The position numbers were made by a program, and so were the translations under genes. A stretch of DNA of 64,000 nt from a virus, in the IMG/VR virus record IMGVR_UViG_3300017989_005036, positions 11,421 to 75,420 of that record, one strand, 5' to 3'. Numbering within the stretch: position 1 is the stretch's first letter; the number at the start of each line of letters is the position of its first letter. Positions 19,694-29,604 of this stretch are shown in pieces. The notes under the pieces are model-generated. The model was not told the origin of the DNA and ran no database searches. It saw only the letters and a program-made list of their open reading frames with translations.

Positions 19694-21406
19694 TTAACCA
19701 ACGTTCTTCCTTTCCAACTCAGCAATTCTTCTTCTCCATTCAGATCGGAGTCGAAAAATATCATCTCTGCTTTTTGGTTCATCAAAAAGTAAAGATTGCC
19801 GAGTGCAGTTAATCTTTGCCTGAAGTGTTTGATACTCCCTAGTTTCTCCTATGTCAGGGGGTATCAGGTCATTCACTACTTCCATGACTTCATCTATCGT
19901 TGTGCAATTTGCAGATTTAATTTGACTTCTAAGAGAAGCAAATGCTGCTGCTGAATAACCTTCTGTTATCTCAATCAGCATTTCGAAAACCTGATTGTCA
20001 ATGTCATCTCTGTTTTCATCAAGAGGAGCATCAATGTTGTTTAGCATGTCTCCAAAAACCCATGTGATGAATTCATGAACATCATCACCTTCTGGGTCAA
20101 GCACAGGGATAATCAAATCCCCAACTCTGCCCGGACGACGAATGTCTGGAGACAAATTGTTGATTCGTGCTGTCATTAAAAGCCAAACAACTCGACCTCT
20201 CAATTGAGGATCGCTCATCATGGCTTGAATTTTTCCAGTTAAACGACGTTCTGTATCATGGGTTCCTTCTGAAACGCCTCCAAATTGAGTGTCTGCCTCA
20301 TCAACAAATATGACCACTTTGTCGAGCGCAGAAATTGCTCTTTGCAATCGTTCTAAAATAACATCTGTTTGTCCAAACCACATAGATCGCAGGTTTTTGA
20401 GAACTAAAACTGGAACTCCCAATTCAGATGCTACTGCTTCGAAAATAAATGTTTTCCCGCCGCCAATTGGACCGCCAATTGCGGCTCCCGGTAAAGAACC
20501 ATCATCATCACGTGTGATGCGTGGCATCATTTCTTTTCTGAGGAAGCTCTTTAATCGCCTAAACCCCACAACGTCATCAAGATTGTGTGTAGGCTTTTTG
20601 AATTCTACAGCATCGCCTAACTGAGATGTGATGTATTCTTCAACTTTACTGATCACATCTGATTGCGTTATTTCTCCACGACATAAAAGCTGCCTCAAAG
20701 CATGAATGGACAAACTGGCTGTATTTTTAATGAAGTCCGGTGGCAGTTTGGCTTCTGGACCCCAATTTACAAAGTGTTTTCTTTGTTCAAAGTTCGGAGA
20801 AGGAACATCTACAGCAAGAACCTGTGGCAATCTGGAAACATGAGAATGAATCGCACTTTGCGATTCTGAAATCAGAATGACCGAATCTCCTCCATGAATA
20901 AAATCTGGTTCTGAAAACCAGTCATGGATGATTCCTACACGTCTTCTATCTGCAAGAGACATTCTGGAAAATTGATCTTCTGGAAGAAGCATGTCTGCTG
21001 CTTCGACAATCACCAATAGATCGTTTGTGCTTTCTCCTTTCTTAAATGCTTGTCGAGAACAGTAGGTTAATTGACGCAAAAACTCCAAAGCCCCCGTTGG
21101 GTTACCAACGGCATTCATGCAAATCTCTTCAAACTTCTTCTCTGTTCTTGGTCCATATTTCTTCCAAGCAGCTTCAAGTTCTGTTCTGTCTCCTATTGTT
21201 TTGACAGGATTGTTAACTTCGTAAATAATCTGAGTGATTCCATTACGCTTATCGTTTGGCTCCACTTTGTACGAAGAAGACAAAAAGTCAATCAGAGGAA
21301 CATAACCGCTTCCATCAAAGAAAAGATCATACACATTACCCGTCAATATCACGGATCGTGCCTGATTTGTATTGATGATTCTTGAAAGTTTGGGAATAAA
21401 AGTCAT
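19694..21406 (-). CDS. classical AAA+ ATPase with degenerate N-terminal AAA module
   Basis: GPIGGGKT, WFGQT pore loop, VIFVDEAD, RRPGR second region of homology. Confidence 0.85.
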   Translation of the reverse strand: MTFIPKLSRIINTNQARSVILTGNVYDLFFDGSGYVPLIDFLSSSYKVEPNDKRNGITQIIYEVNNPVKTIGDRTELEAAWKKYGPRTEKKFEEICMNAVGNPTGALEFLRQLTYCSRQAFKKGESTNDLLVIVEAADMLLPEDQFSRMSLADRRRVGIIHDWFSEPDFIHGGDSVILISESQSAIHSHVSRLPQVLAVDVPSPNFEQRKHFVNWGPEAKLPPDFIKNTASLSIHALRQLLCRGEITQSDVISKVEEYITSQLGDAVEFKKPTHNLDDVVGFRRLKSFLRKEMMPRITRDDDGSLPGAAIGGPIGGGKTFIFEAVASELGVPVLVLKNLRSMWFGQTDVILERLQRAISALDKVVIFVDEADTQFGGVSEGTHDTERRLTGKIQAMMSDPQLRGRVVWLLMTARINNLSPDIRRPGRVGDLIIPVLDPEGDDVHEFITWVFGDMLNNIDAPLDENRDDIDNQVFEMLIEITEGYSAAAFASLRSQIKSANCTTIDEVMEVVNDLIPPDIGETREYQTLQAKINCTRQSLLFDEPKSRDDIFRLRSEWRRRIAELERKNVG

Positions 21407-21564
21407 CGTTTTAACCATTCCACAGGCACAGATGTGCAACTCTTAAAGTTGCGTTTTTGACAAATGCAACATTCTAAGGCATTCGGCCAATAATTGATGT
21501 CCCTTGGAGTAATAGCAAGAACCGATTTACATTTTTCACAAGTCAGAGTTGTTTTCGAGCACTC

Positions 21565-22500
21565 TCATGAGAAGAAATCCTTTTGGTCTGCGTATTGAAA
21601 CCCACAACGTCCAGCAAATGTTTTATCTGAAGTCTGATCGCCTACCATAATACACTGGCTTGGATCAAGGTGGTACTTCCATATAAAATATGCACCGCTG
21701 CCGGGATGTGGTTTGCGGCAATAACATTTCACTGGCGGAACGGAATGGGGACAATACTTATACTCAATATCAAAACCCAACAGTTCATTGGTCTTTTCAA
21801 AGCAATCAATAGCTACATCTTCATCAAGACCCTTAGAAATTGCTGACTGATTACTGACCCCCAATAGGAGGTAGCCATCATCTTCATACTTGGCCAACAC
21901 TTTTTTTCGGTTAGGTAAGATTTCGACATGAGAAGGATCTTCTGGCCATTTTTTAGGACCAGTGGATCGACGCAGAGTGTCGTCATAATCCAACAGCAAA
22001 GCTTTGTTGGTCCAATGAGATGGATTCTTTCGCACAAATTTAACCACTTCGATTTCAGAAAAACCTTCTGTTTTTGCAGGTTTCTCAAACCGATTCTTGT
22101 AAGCAAAGATCACAGCAGGTGGAAATAAATTAGGGTCATTGATTTTTGATAACTCTGCTGCGTCTGCGATGCGACCAATACGATCCATCATTCGAAGACA
22201 CGCATTCATTTGAGAATCTGCAAGAGATGTATTTAAATAAACACAACGGACAGGAATACTAAGTCGTTTTCCAACAGCAATGACTTCGGCACGTTGTTCG
22301 ACAGTGCCATAAGTGTTGTCGAGTACAACTTTGTTTTCGCCATTCTTGAGAGCAATTTCAGCTTGTTTAACTACTCCTGATAGGTTGCCACCAATTTTAT
22401 CACGATTGAATCTTATGTAGCCCTCATTAACGAATCCTTCTGTAATGGTGGTTTTGCCCGCTGCCGGGTACCCCATGACAATGACGATTTCCTTTGTCAT
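21565..22500 (-). CDS. P-loop kinase + HAD-IIIA phosphatase (polynucleotide kinase/phosphatase-like)
   Basis: GYPAAGKTT, NRD, LDNT; DYDDT, SNQ, CYCRKP, MVGD..SD. Confidence 0.85.
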   Translation of the reverse strand: MTKEIVIVMGYPAAGKTTITEGFVNEGYIRFNRDKIGGNLSGVVKQAEIALKNGENKVVLDNTYGTVEQRAEVIAVGKRLSIPVRCVYLNTSLADSQMNACLRMMDRIGRIADAAELSKINDPNLFPPAVIFAYKNRFEKPAKTEGFSEIEVVKFVRKNPSHWTNKALLLDYDDTLRRSTGPKKWPEDPSHVEILPNRKKVLAKYEDDGYLLLGVSNQSAISKGLDEDVAIDCFEKTNELLGFDIEYKYCPHSVPPVKCYCRKPHPGSGAYFIWKYHLDPSQCIMVGDQTSDKTFAGRCGFQYADQKDFFS

Positions 22501-22503
22501 ATT

Positions 22504-22998
22504 TCAATCCAATATGTTGATTGTGAAAAGAATAACCTTCCATACGGCTTCTTCCATACGGCTTTTACGACCTTCTGTGTTCAGTTGTATTTTTCTTGTA
22601 TCAATTTTGTCTCCTGATCGAACTGAACACCAGATCACACCATCTTTGTCTTCAGGTGCATTTGGCCCAAGATGCCCAACTACAGAAACATAGACATCAG
22701 CTTCTGGAGAAAGTTCGGAGATGCTGCCAGAAACCATTGCCTCTGCCATCTCTGGACTTTCTGTTGTGTATTTGTCAATTGTTTCCTGTTTGACGTTAAG
22801 CACCGACTTCTTTTGGCTGGCACGATAAACAACAAAAGACCCACATAAATTTGACGATATGCCCGGAATTTTGCCCATCGTTGCAGCTACAAGGCCCGCC
22901 GTGCAGCTTTCGGCGAAAACAATTTTCTTGTCTAATTCAACAAGAAGTGCAGCAAGAGTTCCTGAATCATATTCTAACTGCATTTTTTTCACCTTCAT
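22504..22998 (-). CDS. CinA C-terminal / PncC (NMN deamidase) family
   Basis: AESCTAG, PGISS, Y....K...L.V, S...AEAM. Confidence 0.85.
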   Translation of the reverse strand: MKVKKMQLEYDSGTLAALLVELDKKIVFAESCTAGLVAATMGKIPGISSNLCGSFVVYRASQKKSVLNVKQETIDKYTTESPEMAEAMVSGSISELSPEADVYVSVVGHLGPNAPEDKDGVIWCSVRSGDKIDTRKIQLNTEGRKSRMEEAVWKVILFTINILD

Positions 22999-22999
22999 T

Positions 23000-23042
23000 A
23001 AAAACGCCCCGTTTGGAAAACCTTAGCTTTCCAAACGGGGCG
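23000..23042 (-). terminator. intrinsic terminator
   Basis: cgccccgtttggaaa/tttccaaacggggcg hairpin followed by T-run on minus strand. Confidence 0.7.
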
Positions 23043-23068
23043 AATCCATTCATCCCCGAACACAGTCT

Positions 23069-24031
23069 TTATTCTTCAACTTCACCTGTGTCAAACACTT
23101 GGTATTCTGTTGAAAAGTTTAGACTTTTTGTTGAATCGTTGTAACCAACATCAATTGGTTTTTTGATGATTCCAACTTTAACTGCTGTATCAACAACAGT
23201 AGTTGACATCAATTTTTGCCAGTCTGAATCATCAAATAGAGCGTGTATTTGGGATGTTTTACTCAACCTGTCAAACAAGCAATTGATACACAAAGCAGCT
23301 TGTTTTCCACCCTCTTTCTCAAGAGAGTCATTGCTCCAAACAATGCAATCAACAATTTCATTTGGAACAATCGTGTTGTCAAATTTCAAGTCTGCTTTTG
23401 TTTGTGACAAAAATGGTTGTCGTAAACTTGTTGATTGGACCTTAGATGTTTTATTGCTTGACTGAATAGCCATTGAAGCGGCATCAGCCTCCATGTGAAC
23501 AAAATCAACATCAGATTCCAATTTACCTAAATCACAAGCACGTTGAACAAGATATTCTGAAACGCAATTTTCTGGACCATAAATCACATTACTCTCAAAA
23601 TCATCAATCGAGGCAATGCCATCAATACATGCTTCATTTGAGGCACGTATGACCGTGCACGGTCTGTTGTTGGCAAGGTTCAAAGCATCAACATTTGTGT
23701 AGCACACTGCATCACAAGTATTGCCGGAGAAATCAACTCCGCTTTGAATGTAATCCCTTCGCCTTAAAACAATATCCACACCATGTTCAATTTCAAGCGA
23801 ACCATGTTCTCCACCTGATTTTGGATTTATGAGACCTTCAAGATTGTCAGCATTAAGAGCTGGCCAACTTGTTGACTCAGACCAAACCAAAATAAAGGAA
23901 GGAAAAGATTTACTTGATGATTCAACTTGGTCTGGTTGTTTAGTTTCAACAGACTTAGCTGATTCCTTATCTCCACCGCAACCAACGGCTAAGGAGATTA
24001 AGATCAATCCAAAAATTGCATTTTTCATCAA
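23069..24031 (-). CDS. lipoprotein, periplasmic substrate-binding-protein-like
   Basis: lipobox LAVG-C; DY..S...F.....DAV..TNVDAL, EIVDCIV pattern of NMT1/PBP2-like proteins. Confidence 0.6.
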   Translation of the reverse strand: MMKNAIFGLILISLAVGCGGDKESAKSVETKQPDQVESSSKSFPSFILVWSESTSWPALNADNLEGLINPKSGGEHGSLEIEHGVDIVLRRRDYIQSGVDFSGNTCDAVCYTNVDALNLANNRPCTVIRASNEACIDGIASIDDFESNVIYGPENCVSEYLVQRACDLGKLESDVDFVHMEADAASMAIQSSNKTSKVQSTSLRQPFLSQTKADLKFDNTIVPNEIVDCIVWSNDSLEKEGGKQAALCINCLFDRLSKTSQIHALFDDSDWQKLMSTTVVDTAVKVGIIKKPIDVGYNDSTKSLNFSTEYQVFDTGEVEE

Positions 24032-24037
24032 AAACCT

Positions 24038-24319
24038 TTATTCAGTTGTTGCAGCTTCTTCAGTTGCAGCTTCTTCAGTTGCAGCTTCTTCAGTTGCAGC
24101 TTCTTCAGTTGCAGCTTCTTCAGTTGCAGCTTCTTCAGTTGCAGCTTCTTCAGTTGCAGCTTCTTCAGTTGCAACTTCTTCAGTTGCAACTTCTTCAGTT
24201 GCAGGCTCCACAGTACCCGGTGTTTCTGGTCCTGTCACAGGACGTGAACAGCCCACAAATACCACAACTGCAAAAATCACCAAAAAACTCACGAACTTCT
24301 TCATCAAACAATTCTCCAT
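24038..24319 (-). CDS. small lipoprotein with (ATEE[AV])10 acidic tail
   Basis: lipobox VFVG-C; tandem repeat. Confidence 0.65.
   Translation of the reverse strand: MENCLMKKFVSFLVIFAVVVFVGCSRPVTGPETPGTVEPATEEVATEEVATEEAATEEAATEEAATEEAATEEAATEEAATEEAATEEAATTE
24048..24203. repeat. 15-bp tandem repeat x10 (cagttgcagcttctt)
   Basis: 8 gcagc units plus 2 gcaac variants. Confidence 0.95.
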
Positions 24320-24375
24320 CTAACTTGCGGAATGTGTCCCACTTTAAACATTTTCAAGCAACAACTACACCGCTG

Positions 24376-25182
24376 TTACTCAGGCAACTGAGAAGATTCT
24401 CTTTCAGTTGTTTTATCTGTTGCATCTTCGTCCCAATCCATGAGAGAGTCAAACTCAGATGCAGCTTCTTCATTAGAAGCAAATTCAAGAAAGGCATCAG
24501 TGGCAACTTTGTTGTCTGTGCCTGCCAATTCCTGAGTGGCTTTGGCTCGACCAGCGACATTTCGTCGTGCTTTTCTGATTTCTGCCAAATCGTTATCAAC
24601 ATTATCATTGGCAATTCCAGCCAATGCTGAACTAGCTTCTTCAAGAGCCTTATTGCTTTCAAGATCTGCAATATGCTCATTTTCTTCTTCATGAAGCCTC
24701 TGAAGATCAGACTGCAAAGTCTGAAGTTGTACCTGATGATCAGCAATTAGTGATTGTGAGTCATCAATATCCTGTTCAAGAGAGGCAATTCTGGCTCTTT
24801 TCTCTTTGAGAGTAGATTCAGCATCACGATGGCCAGTTGCACATTTAATAAATTCAGGATCTGCTTGAATTTGTTCTTTTGAAAGACCCTGTTTGACAAG
24901 TTCATCTTTTCTTTTCCTTGCCATTCCTTCAGCACCACGTTTGGCTTTTTCAAGCGTAGCACATTCTTCTTCAAGGTCTTTGATTTGTCGAAGTTTGGCT
25001 TCTCGATTAGCAATCAATTTACCAACAGCATTTTTGAGTGTAATGACTCGATTTTTGCCTTTCGCTTGAGCACGGTCAAACGTGGCACGAACAACATGTT
25101 CGTTTTCATTGAGCTTTTCATTCTTTTTGAGAAACACACCAGTGAGAGCCGCAAAAACTTTACGCAACCATTCAAACATCAT
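24376..25182 (-). CDS. PspA/IM30 (ESCRT-III superfamily)-like coiled-coil protein
   Basis: amphipathic N-helix MFEWLRKVF, long helical hairpin, C-terminal RAKATQELAG...FLE...A.SEFD pattern. Confidence 0.65.
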   Translation of the reverse strand: MMFEWLRKVFAALTGVFLKKNEKLNENEHVVRATFDRAQAKGKNRVITLKNAVGKLIANREAKLRQIKDLEEECATLEKAKRGAEGMARKRKDELVKQGLSKEQIQADPEFIKCATGHRDAESTLKEKRARIASLEQDIDDSQSLIADHQVQLQTLQSDLQRLHEEENEHIADLESNKALEEASSALAGIANDNVDNDLAEIRKARRNVAGRAKATQELAGTDNKVATDAFLEFASNEEAASEFDSLMDWDEDATDKTTERESSQLPE

Positions 25183-25235
25183 TATCTCCTTTTTGAGAGG
25201 CAGGGATTGTAGCCTCTCGATTTTGTTTGTAAAGC

Positions 25236-26036
25236 CTAATCGTTGGCTTTGGATTGAAAATCAACAAACTCGCTCAAATGAGTATGTTCACCCAAATTAC
25301 GCATTTCACGTTGAGTGTTTTGAGCAACCTCAAGTCGTTTGGCAAGCAACTGCTGCATTTGAGTCGCCTCTTCTTTTCGATCCTGTAACTTCAATGCCCT
25401 GATGCCATTGACCGTTTCAGTAAAGCTGATGACGCTTTTCTCTACGCTGGCAAGAATGTCTTCTCTGTCTTTGAGAACACTTTCTTTTATTGAACTGGTT
25501 AAGCTTTTAGAAGAAGTCAAAAGATCAAAAGAAAACTCGATTAATTTAACGCATTGACTAAACATTGCGTTGATATCAGAAATCATTTGAGATGTAACAA
25601 ATGCCCCCAAATTGTCCTCTTCGACATCCTTGGTGAAAGCATCATGTACAGATCTCAATGAACGAAGGTACTCTTCGTCTCGGGAGTCGCCGTCTTTAGA
25701 AAGTTTTTCATCCAATTCATCAAGACGATGGTGTTCTTCGACCATTTTCTGTAACTGAATATACTTAGAAGCACGTTCAGTGACTTCAGCCATATTGAAT
25801 CGAAACCTCCAAGCAGCACCTACGATTGTGACCAAAAATCCACAAAGGCCCAAAAGAACAAGCGTGCTGGATTTCACAGCAAACCCAAGAGTAAAGGCAG
25901 CTAAGCCTGTCAGACCGGGGATAACTGTAATTGGTGCTACGAACAAATCTGACATGATTTGCGATTGAAGGCCACGGTCGCTCACTGTAATTCCTCTATC
26001 TTTCTTTGAATTTCTTCTGCTGATTCCCAACGCCAC
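25236..26036 (-). CDS. two-TM membrane protein with helical C-domain
   Basis: two N-terminal TMs; directly upstream of pspA-like gene. Confidence 0.6.
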   Translation of the reverse strand: MALGISRRNSKKDRGITVSDRGLQSQIMSDLFVAPITVIPGLTGLAAFTLGFAVKSSTLVLLGLCGFLVTIVGAAWRFRFNMAEVTERASKYIQLQKMVEEHHRLDELDEKLSKDGDSRDEEYLRSLRSVHDAFTKDVEEDNLGAFVTSQMISDINAMFSQCVKLIEFSFDLLTSSKSLTSSIKESVLKDREDILASVEKSVISFTETVNGIRALKLQDRKEEATQMQQLLAKRLEVAQNTQREMRNLGEHTHLSEFVDFQSKAND

Positions 26037-26515
26037 ATTTTTCGTTCAATTGCCCAGTAAGGAACATCGTGAAGGCCCTTGGAACATTCTTCCAAGTCTT
26101 TTGCCCATCGTTTCAATTCTCTTTTGAACCTTCTGGTATCTTTGAGGTAAGGAGAATTTTCCAACCAAGTTTCTGAAGTGGGTTCTTGAAGAATTACCTC
26201 GTAATCTTGTGGCAATGAATATTCAACATAAGGTCTAAATTCATCAAAACACACATTTGTGTTGTCAATGAGAATTGGCGTTTGTCCTGCTTCAATGGCT
26301 CGAAATGCACGTTGTTGATTCCAGTCATGTGCTATTCCAACGTACCTTGGGATGTAATTGTAAGTATCAGGTTGATCTGGTTTGACGACTTCATACCAGT
26401 AATCATCTGTGCTGAAAATGACCCCTTCAGGATTTTTCTCAATGATTTCTTTTGCAGTATAGCTTTTGCCACAACAAGGCAAGCCACGCATTATCACAAG
26501 TTGTTTGGAGGTCAC
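25982..26515 (-). CDS. AAA_33 / N4BP2-like polynucleotide kinase
   Basis: MRGLPCCGKS, FSTDDY, AHDWNQ.R, IDNTN, H.VP...IER. Confidence 0.85.
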   Translation of the reverse strand: MTSKQLVIMRGLPCCGKSYTAKEIIEKNPEGVIFSTDDYWYEVVKPDQPDTYNYIPRYVGIAHDWNQQRAFRAIEAGQTPILIDNTNVCFDEFRPYVEYSLPQDYEVILQEPTSETWLENSPYLKDTRRFKRELKRWAKDLEECSKGLHDVPYWAIERKMWRWESAEEIQRKIEELQ

Positions 26516-27326
26516 TTCTTTTCCTTTGGCGGAAATGCTTCATCAAGCATACTTCGAATTGTATCTGCGTCCCTTTGATTCAAAGGGACGCTTCAGCAAA
26601 TTCTCTGAACTACCGTTGTATTTTGGTCCTGCAAGGCGATATCCACCACTTTCTGGAACACAGATATTCACTTGCAAATTACCGGTCCATCCATCTTTAT
26701 CAACTCGAATTTCACAAATGACAGCATCTTCATCAATCATGTTGAAACCTTTTTCTCTGTTCTGTCACGAAAAATATAATACCCAACAGGGACTAAAGGC
26801 CAAAGAATTAAACAAAAACAAAACATGAATATTTTTTCATCGAGTTCTCGCTTTGTCTCACCTACTCCCGAAAGGAAACAACAATATCCTGAATATAAAT
26901 AAACTGCTACAGAGGAGATATTTCCAATCAAGAAACCAAAGAAAGACCATGCCAAAAAACAGCATATAATGAAAGCGAAAATAATAAGAATTCTCATTTC
27001 AGGGTTCTGTCCTTTACATCCTCGATGATTTCCAATACCTGACCAACATGATCAGGATTCGATGGAGCGATATATCCTATTGGGCTTATGATGTACCGAC
27101 TGCCTTTGTAGTCAAATTCACGCCATCCCATGCCAATATCTGTAACGTTTTTTGATCCCGGTGGGATCAAAATTGAACGTGACAATATCAACACCAGCGC
27201 CAAAGTCGCCAAAGCAAACAAGACAGTGGCCAAAAAATCCCTGACGAATTTCATGCCAAAAATCCTTTCTGTGCATTCTACGGAAGAATTTTTGGATTGT
27301 AAAGAAAAATGCAATCCAAAAATTGG

Positions 27327-28115
27327 TTAAAGCTTCAAAGTCAGGCATTTACAAGCTCCACCTGACTTGATGTATTCACTCATCTCGAATTCATGAGGAG
27401 TGTAACCATTTTTACGCAATTTGTCGATAGTTTGAGGACATCCAGACGGAATCATCACATCTTCTTCATTGATCAATACTGCGTTACAAGCAAATCGTCT
27501 TGCTTCATATTTTGGAACTTTAATGACATTCAATTCATGTTCAGGTTCATATCGATGACCAATGCCGAAAGCATCTTCATACCACAAAGCATCACGATCT
27601 CTCAAAGGACAAAAACATGTATCGAGGTGATAGAAATATGGATCACAAAGCGGAGACCAAACTGGACGGGTATTTGAAATGATTTCAAGAATTTCAATGT
27701 AGGCATGTTTTGTCGTTCTTTGACCATACCCAACATACAAATCATTTTCAATTTTAAAGCAATCACCTGCTCCCTCAAATGGTTTTTGTATTTTGTGGAC
27801 ATCAAATCCATCTTCCTTAAACCACTTTTCAAACAAAGGTTCTTCTTTCTTTCGTTCCTCATGAAGAAAATTGGAAAGAATGACCTGTTTTTCACCAAAA
27901 ACAAATCCAGCATTCGCTGTAAAAACCATATCTGGGAGATGAGGCTGCGGATCGATAAGTTCAACAGATGACAAAGACGATATTTTGTTGTAAAGATTGT
28001 CCCATTGTTTAACGGCTTTGTCATGATCAACATTGTTTTTAGAATCCATCCAAGGGTTGATTTCATAAATCACCCCAAAATGATCAGGAGGACACATCAA
28101 AAACCGTTCATTCAT
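27327..28115 (-). CDS. amidinotransferase/pentein family (arginine deiminase/DDAH-like)
   Basis: MCPP..F.V.YEINPWM, PDMVFTANAG, FEGAGD, YHLDTCFCPL, FACNA, GGACKCLTL. Confidence 0.92.
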   Translation of the reverse strand: MNERFLMCPPDHFGVIYEINPWMDSKNNVDHDKAVKQWDNLYNKISSLSSVELIDPQPHLPDMVFTANAGFVFGEKQVILSNFLHEERKKEEPLFEKWFKEDGFDVHKIQKPFEGAGDCFKIENDLYVGYGQRTTKHAYIEILEIISNTRPVWSPLCDPYFYHLDTCFCPLRDRDALWYEDAFGIGHRYEPEHELNVIKVPKYEARRFACNAVLINEEDVMIPSGCPQTIDKLRKNGYTPHEFEMSEYIKSGGACKCLTLKL

Positions 28116-28127
28116 ATAATCACCGTA

Positions 28128-28682
28128 TCAAGTTCTTAAACCTGCTGAATTTGCATTGATTCCTTGACCTATTGGTTCTTGTGAAATTTGTTGTTGATTT
28201 GGAGGCTGAAAAGGTGTTGGAGGACTTTGTGGATGCGGATTCTCTTGTTCAGGAGATTCAACTGCATCTTGTCCAGCATCTGGAACAGGCTCATTTATAT
28301 CTGTAGTTGGAGGAGTATCTCCAGTTACAGATTGGTAAATTTCTGAACCAAAAAGTTTATTGAGCAAATGGCCAACTGTTGAATTTACCTGATGACCTTC
28401 AGGTGATTTTTGGCTAATTCTTTGCAGCCAATTGATCGTATCATTCACTTGAGATCCAAAGCCCATTTGTTGTAGATTTTGAAAAATGCTGCTGAGAGCA
28501 TTTTTCGCAGCCATTGGACCTTTTGGCGAACCGCCATCTTTATTGCCGCTCTCAATTTTACTCAAAGGTAAACTGAGATTAGGATTGTGCCCAACAAGTT
28601 CCTGCATAGCACTTCGGAACATTTGTTCTAGTTTTTGTTGGGTTAATTGTTGATCTGATTCAAGCCAAGTTCGAAAATTCAT
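28128..28682 (-). CDS. hypothetical protein with MNFRTWLE N-terminus, Pro/Gln-rich tail
   Basis: ORF; CTATATA upstream. Confidence 0.6.
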   Translation of the reverse strand: MNFRTWLESDQQLTQQKLEQMFRSAMQELVGHNPNLSLPLSKIESGNKDGGSPKGPMAAKNALSSIFQNLQQMGFGSQVNDTINWLQRISQKSPEGHQVNSTVGHLLNKLFGSEIYQSVTGDTPPTTDINEPVPDAGQDAVESPEQENPHPQSPPTPFQPPNQQQISQEPIGQGINANSAGLRT

Positions 28683-28705
28683 AACATTCTATATAGAGCT
28701 TTGAA

Positions 28706-29590
28706 TCAGTAAAAAATCCAATCAAGAATCGCCATTCTTACTGGCACTCCATTTTTACTTTGCTGAAAGTATATGCAACGAGGATCTTCGTCAAACTTAG
28801 GATGAAGTTCTGATGTTCTTGGCATCGGGTGCATAATCAATGAATCTTCTGATAAGAGATTCATGTGTTTTTCTGACAACTGAAATTTGGGTGGAATTTT
28901 ACCATCACGTTCAGTTTGAGTCCTTGTCAGGTAAAGGATGTCAATTTTTGGCAAAATATCAAACAAGTCATCTTCAGATTGAAGTTTAATTGTTTCTGCA
29001 TATCTTGAATATCGCTCCGGTAAATCATTTCCATAAAGAAAAAATCTATTATTAAAATTCCTTCTCGAAACTTCTATCAAAGAATGAACAGTTCTTCCTT
29101 TCTCCAAATCACCAACAATAGCAATATCCAAATTGGAAATTCTTCCAAATTCTTTTTCGATAGTATAAACATCTATCAAAGCTTGTGTAGGATGTTCAGC
29201 ATCACCATCCCCTCCGTTAATAACACGGCAACCCCATTGATGCGTGCTTCCCCATGATTCAACATGCGAAGGTGTTCTTGTAACTAAAACATCAACATAT
29301 TGAGACATTGTTTTAATTGTATCAAGAAAACTTTCGCCCTTTAAAGAAGAGTTGTGATCTGGAATTCGAACAACTTTCCCGCCCATTCTCATCATTGCAG
29401 TTTCAAAACTCACTTGAGTTCTGGTTGATGGTTCTAAAAACAAAGTTCCCATAATCCTATCTTCCATGAAGTTAATGGGGATATTGTGACCTTTTTCTCT
29501 AAGATTCAAAATGTTATCCATGTCAGAAACTTTAGACAAAATTGATCTAAGCTGCCCGGCAATCTCACTGGACCTAAGTAAGTTTCTCAT
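28706..29590 (-). CDS. pyrB: aspartate carbamoyltransferase catalytic subunit
   Basis: EPSTRT, SSLKGES, NGGDG..HPTQAL, GDL..GRTVHSL, TRTQTER, HPMPR. Confidence 0.93.
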   Translation of the reverse strand: MRNLLRSSEIAGQLRSILSKVSDMDNILNLREKGHNIPINFMEDRIMGTLFLEPSTRTQVSFETAMMRMGGKVVRIPDHNSSLKGESFLDTIKTMSQYVDVLVTRTPSHVESWGSTHQWGCRVINGGDGDAEHPTQALIDVYTIEKEFGRISNLDIAIVGDLEKGRTVHSLIEVSRRNFNNRFFLYGNDLPERYSRYAETIKLQSEDDLFDILPKIDILYLTRTQTERDGKIPPKFQLSEKHMNLLSEDSLIMHPMPRTSELHPKFDEDPRCIYFQQSKNGVPVRMAILDWIFY

Positions 29591-29604
29591 TTTTTCAGCC
29601 TTCC

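Noticed and set aside
24048-24203. Tandem repeat as CRISPR array
   Set aside because: 15-bp units with no spacers, in frame within a lipoprotein gene.
24016-24630. Poly-(LQLLQ) ORF and (VAASS)n ORF on plus strand
   Set aside because: Shadow frames of the 15-bp repeat; the minus frame has a lipobox and fits the operon.
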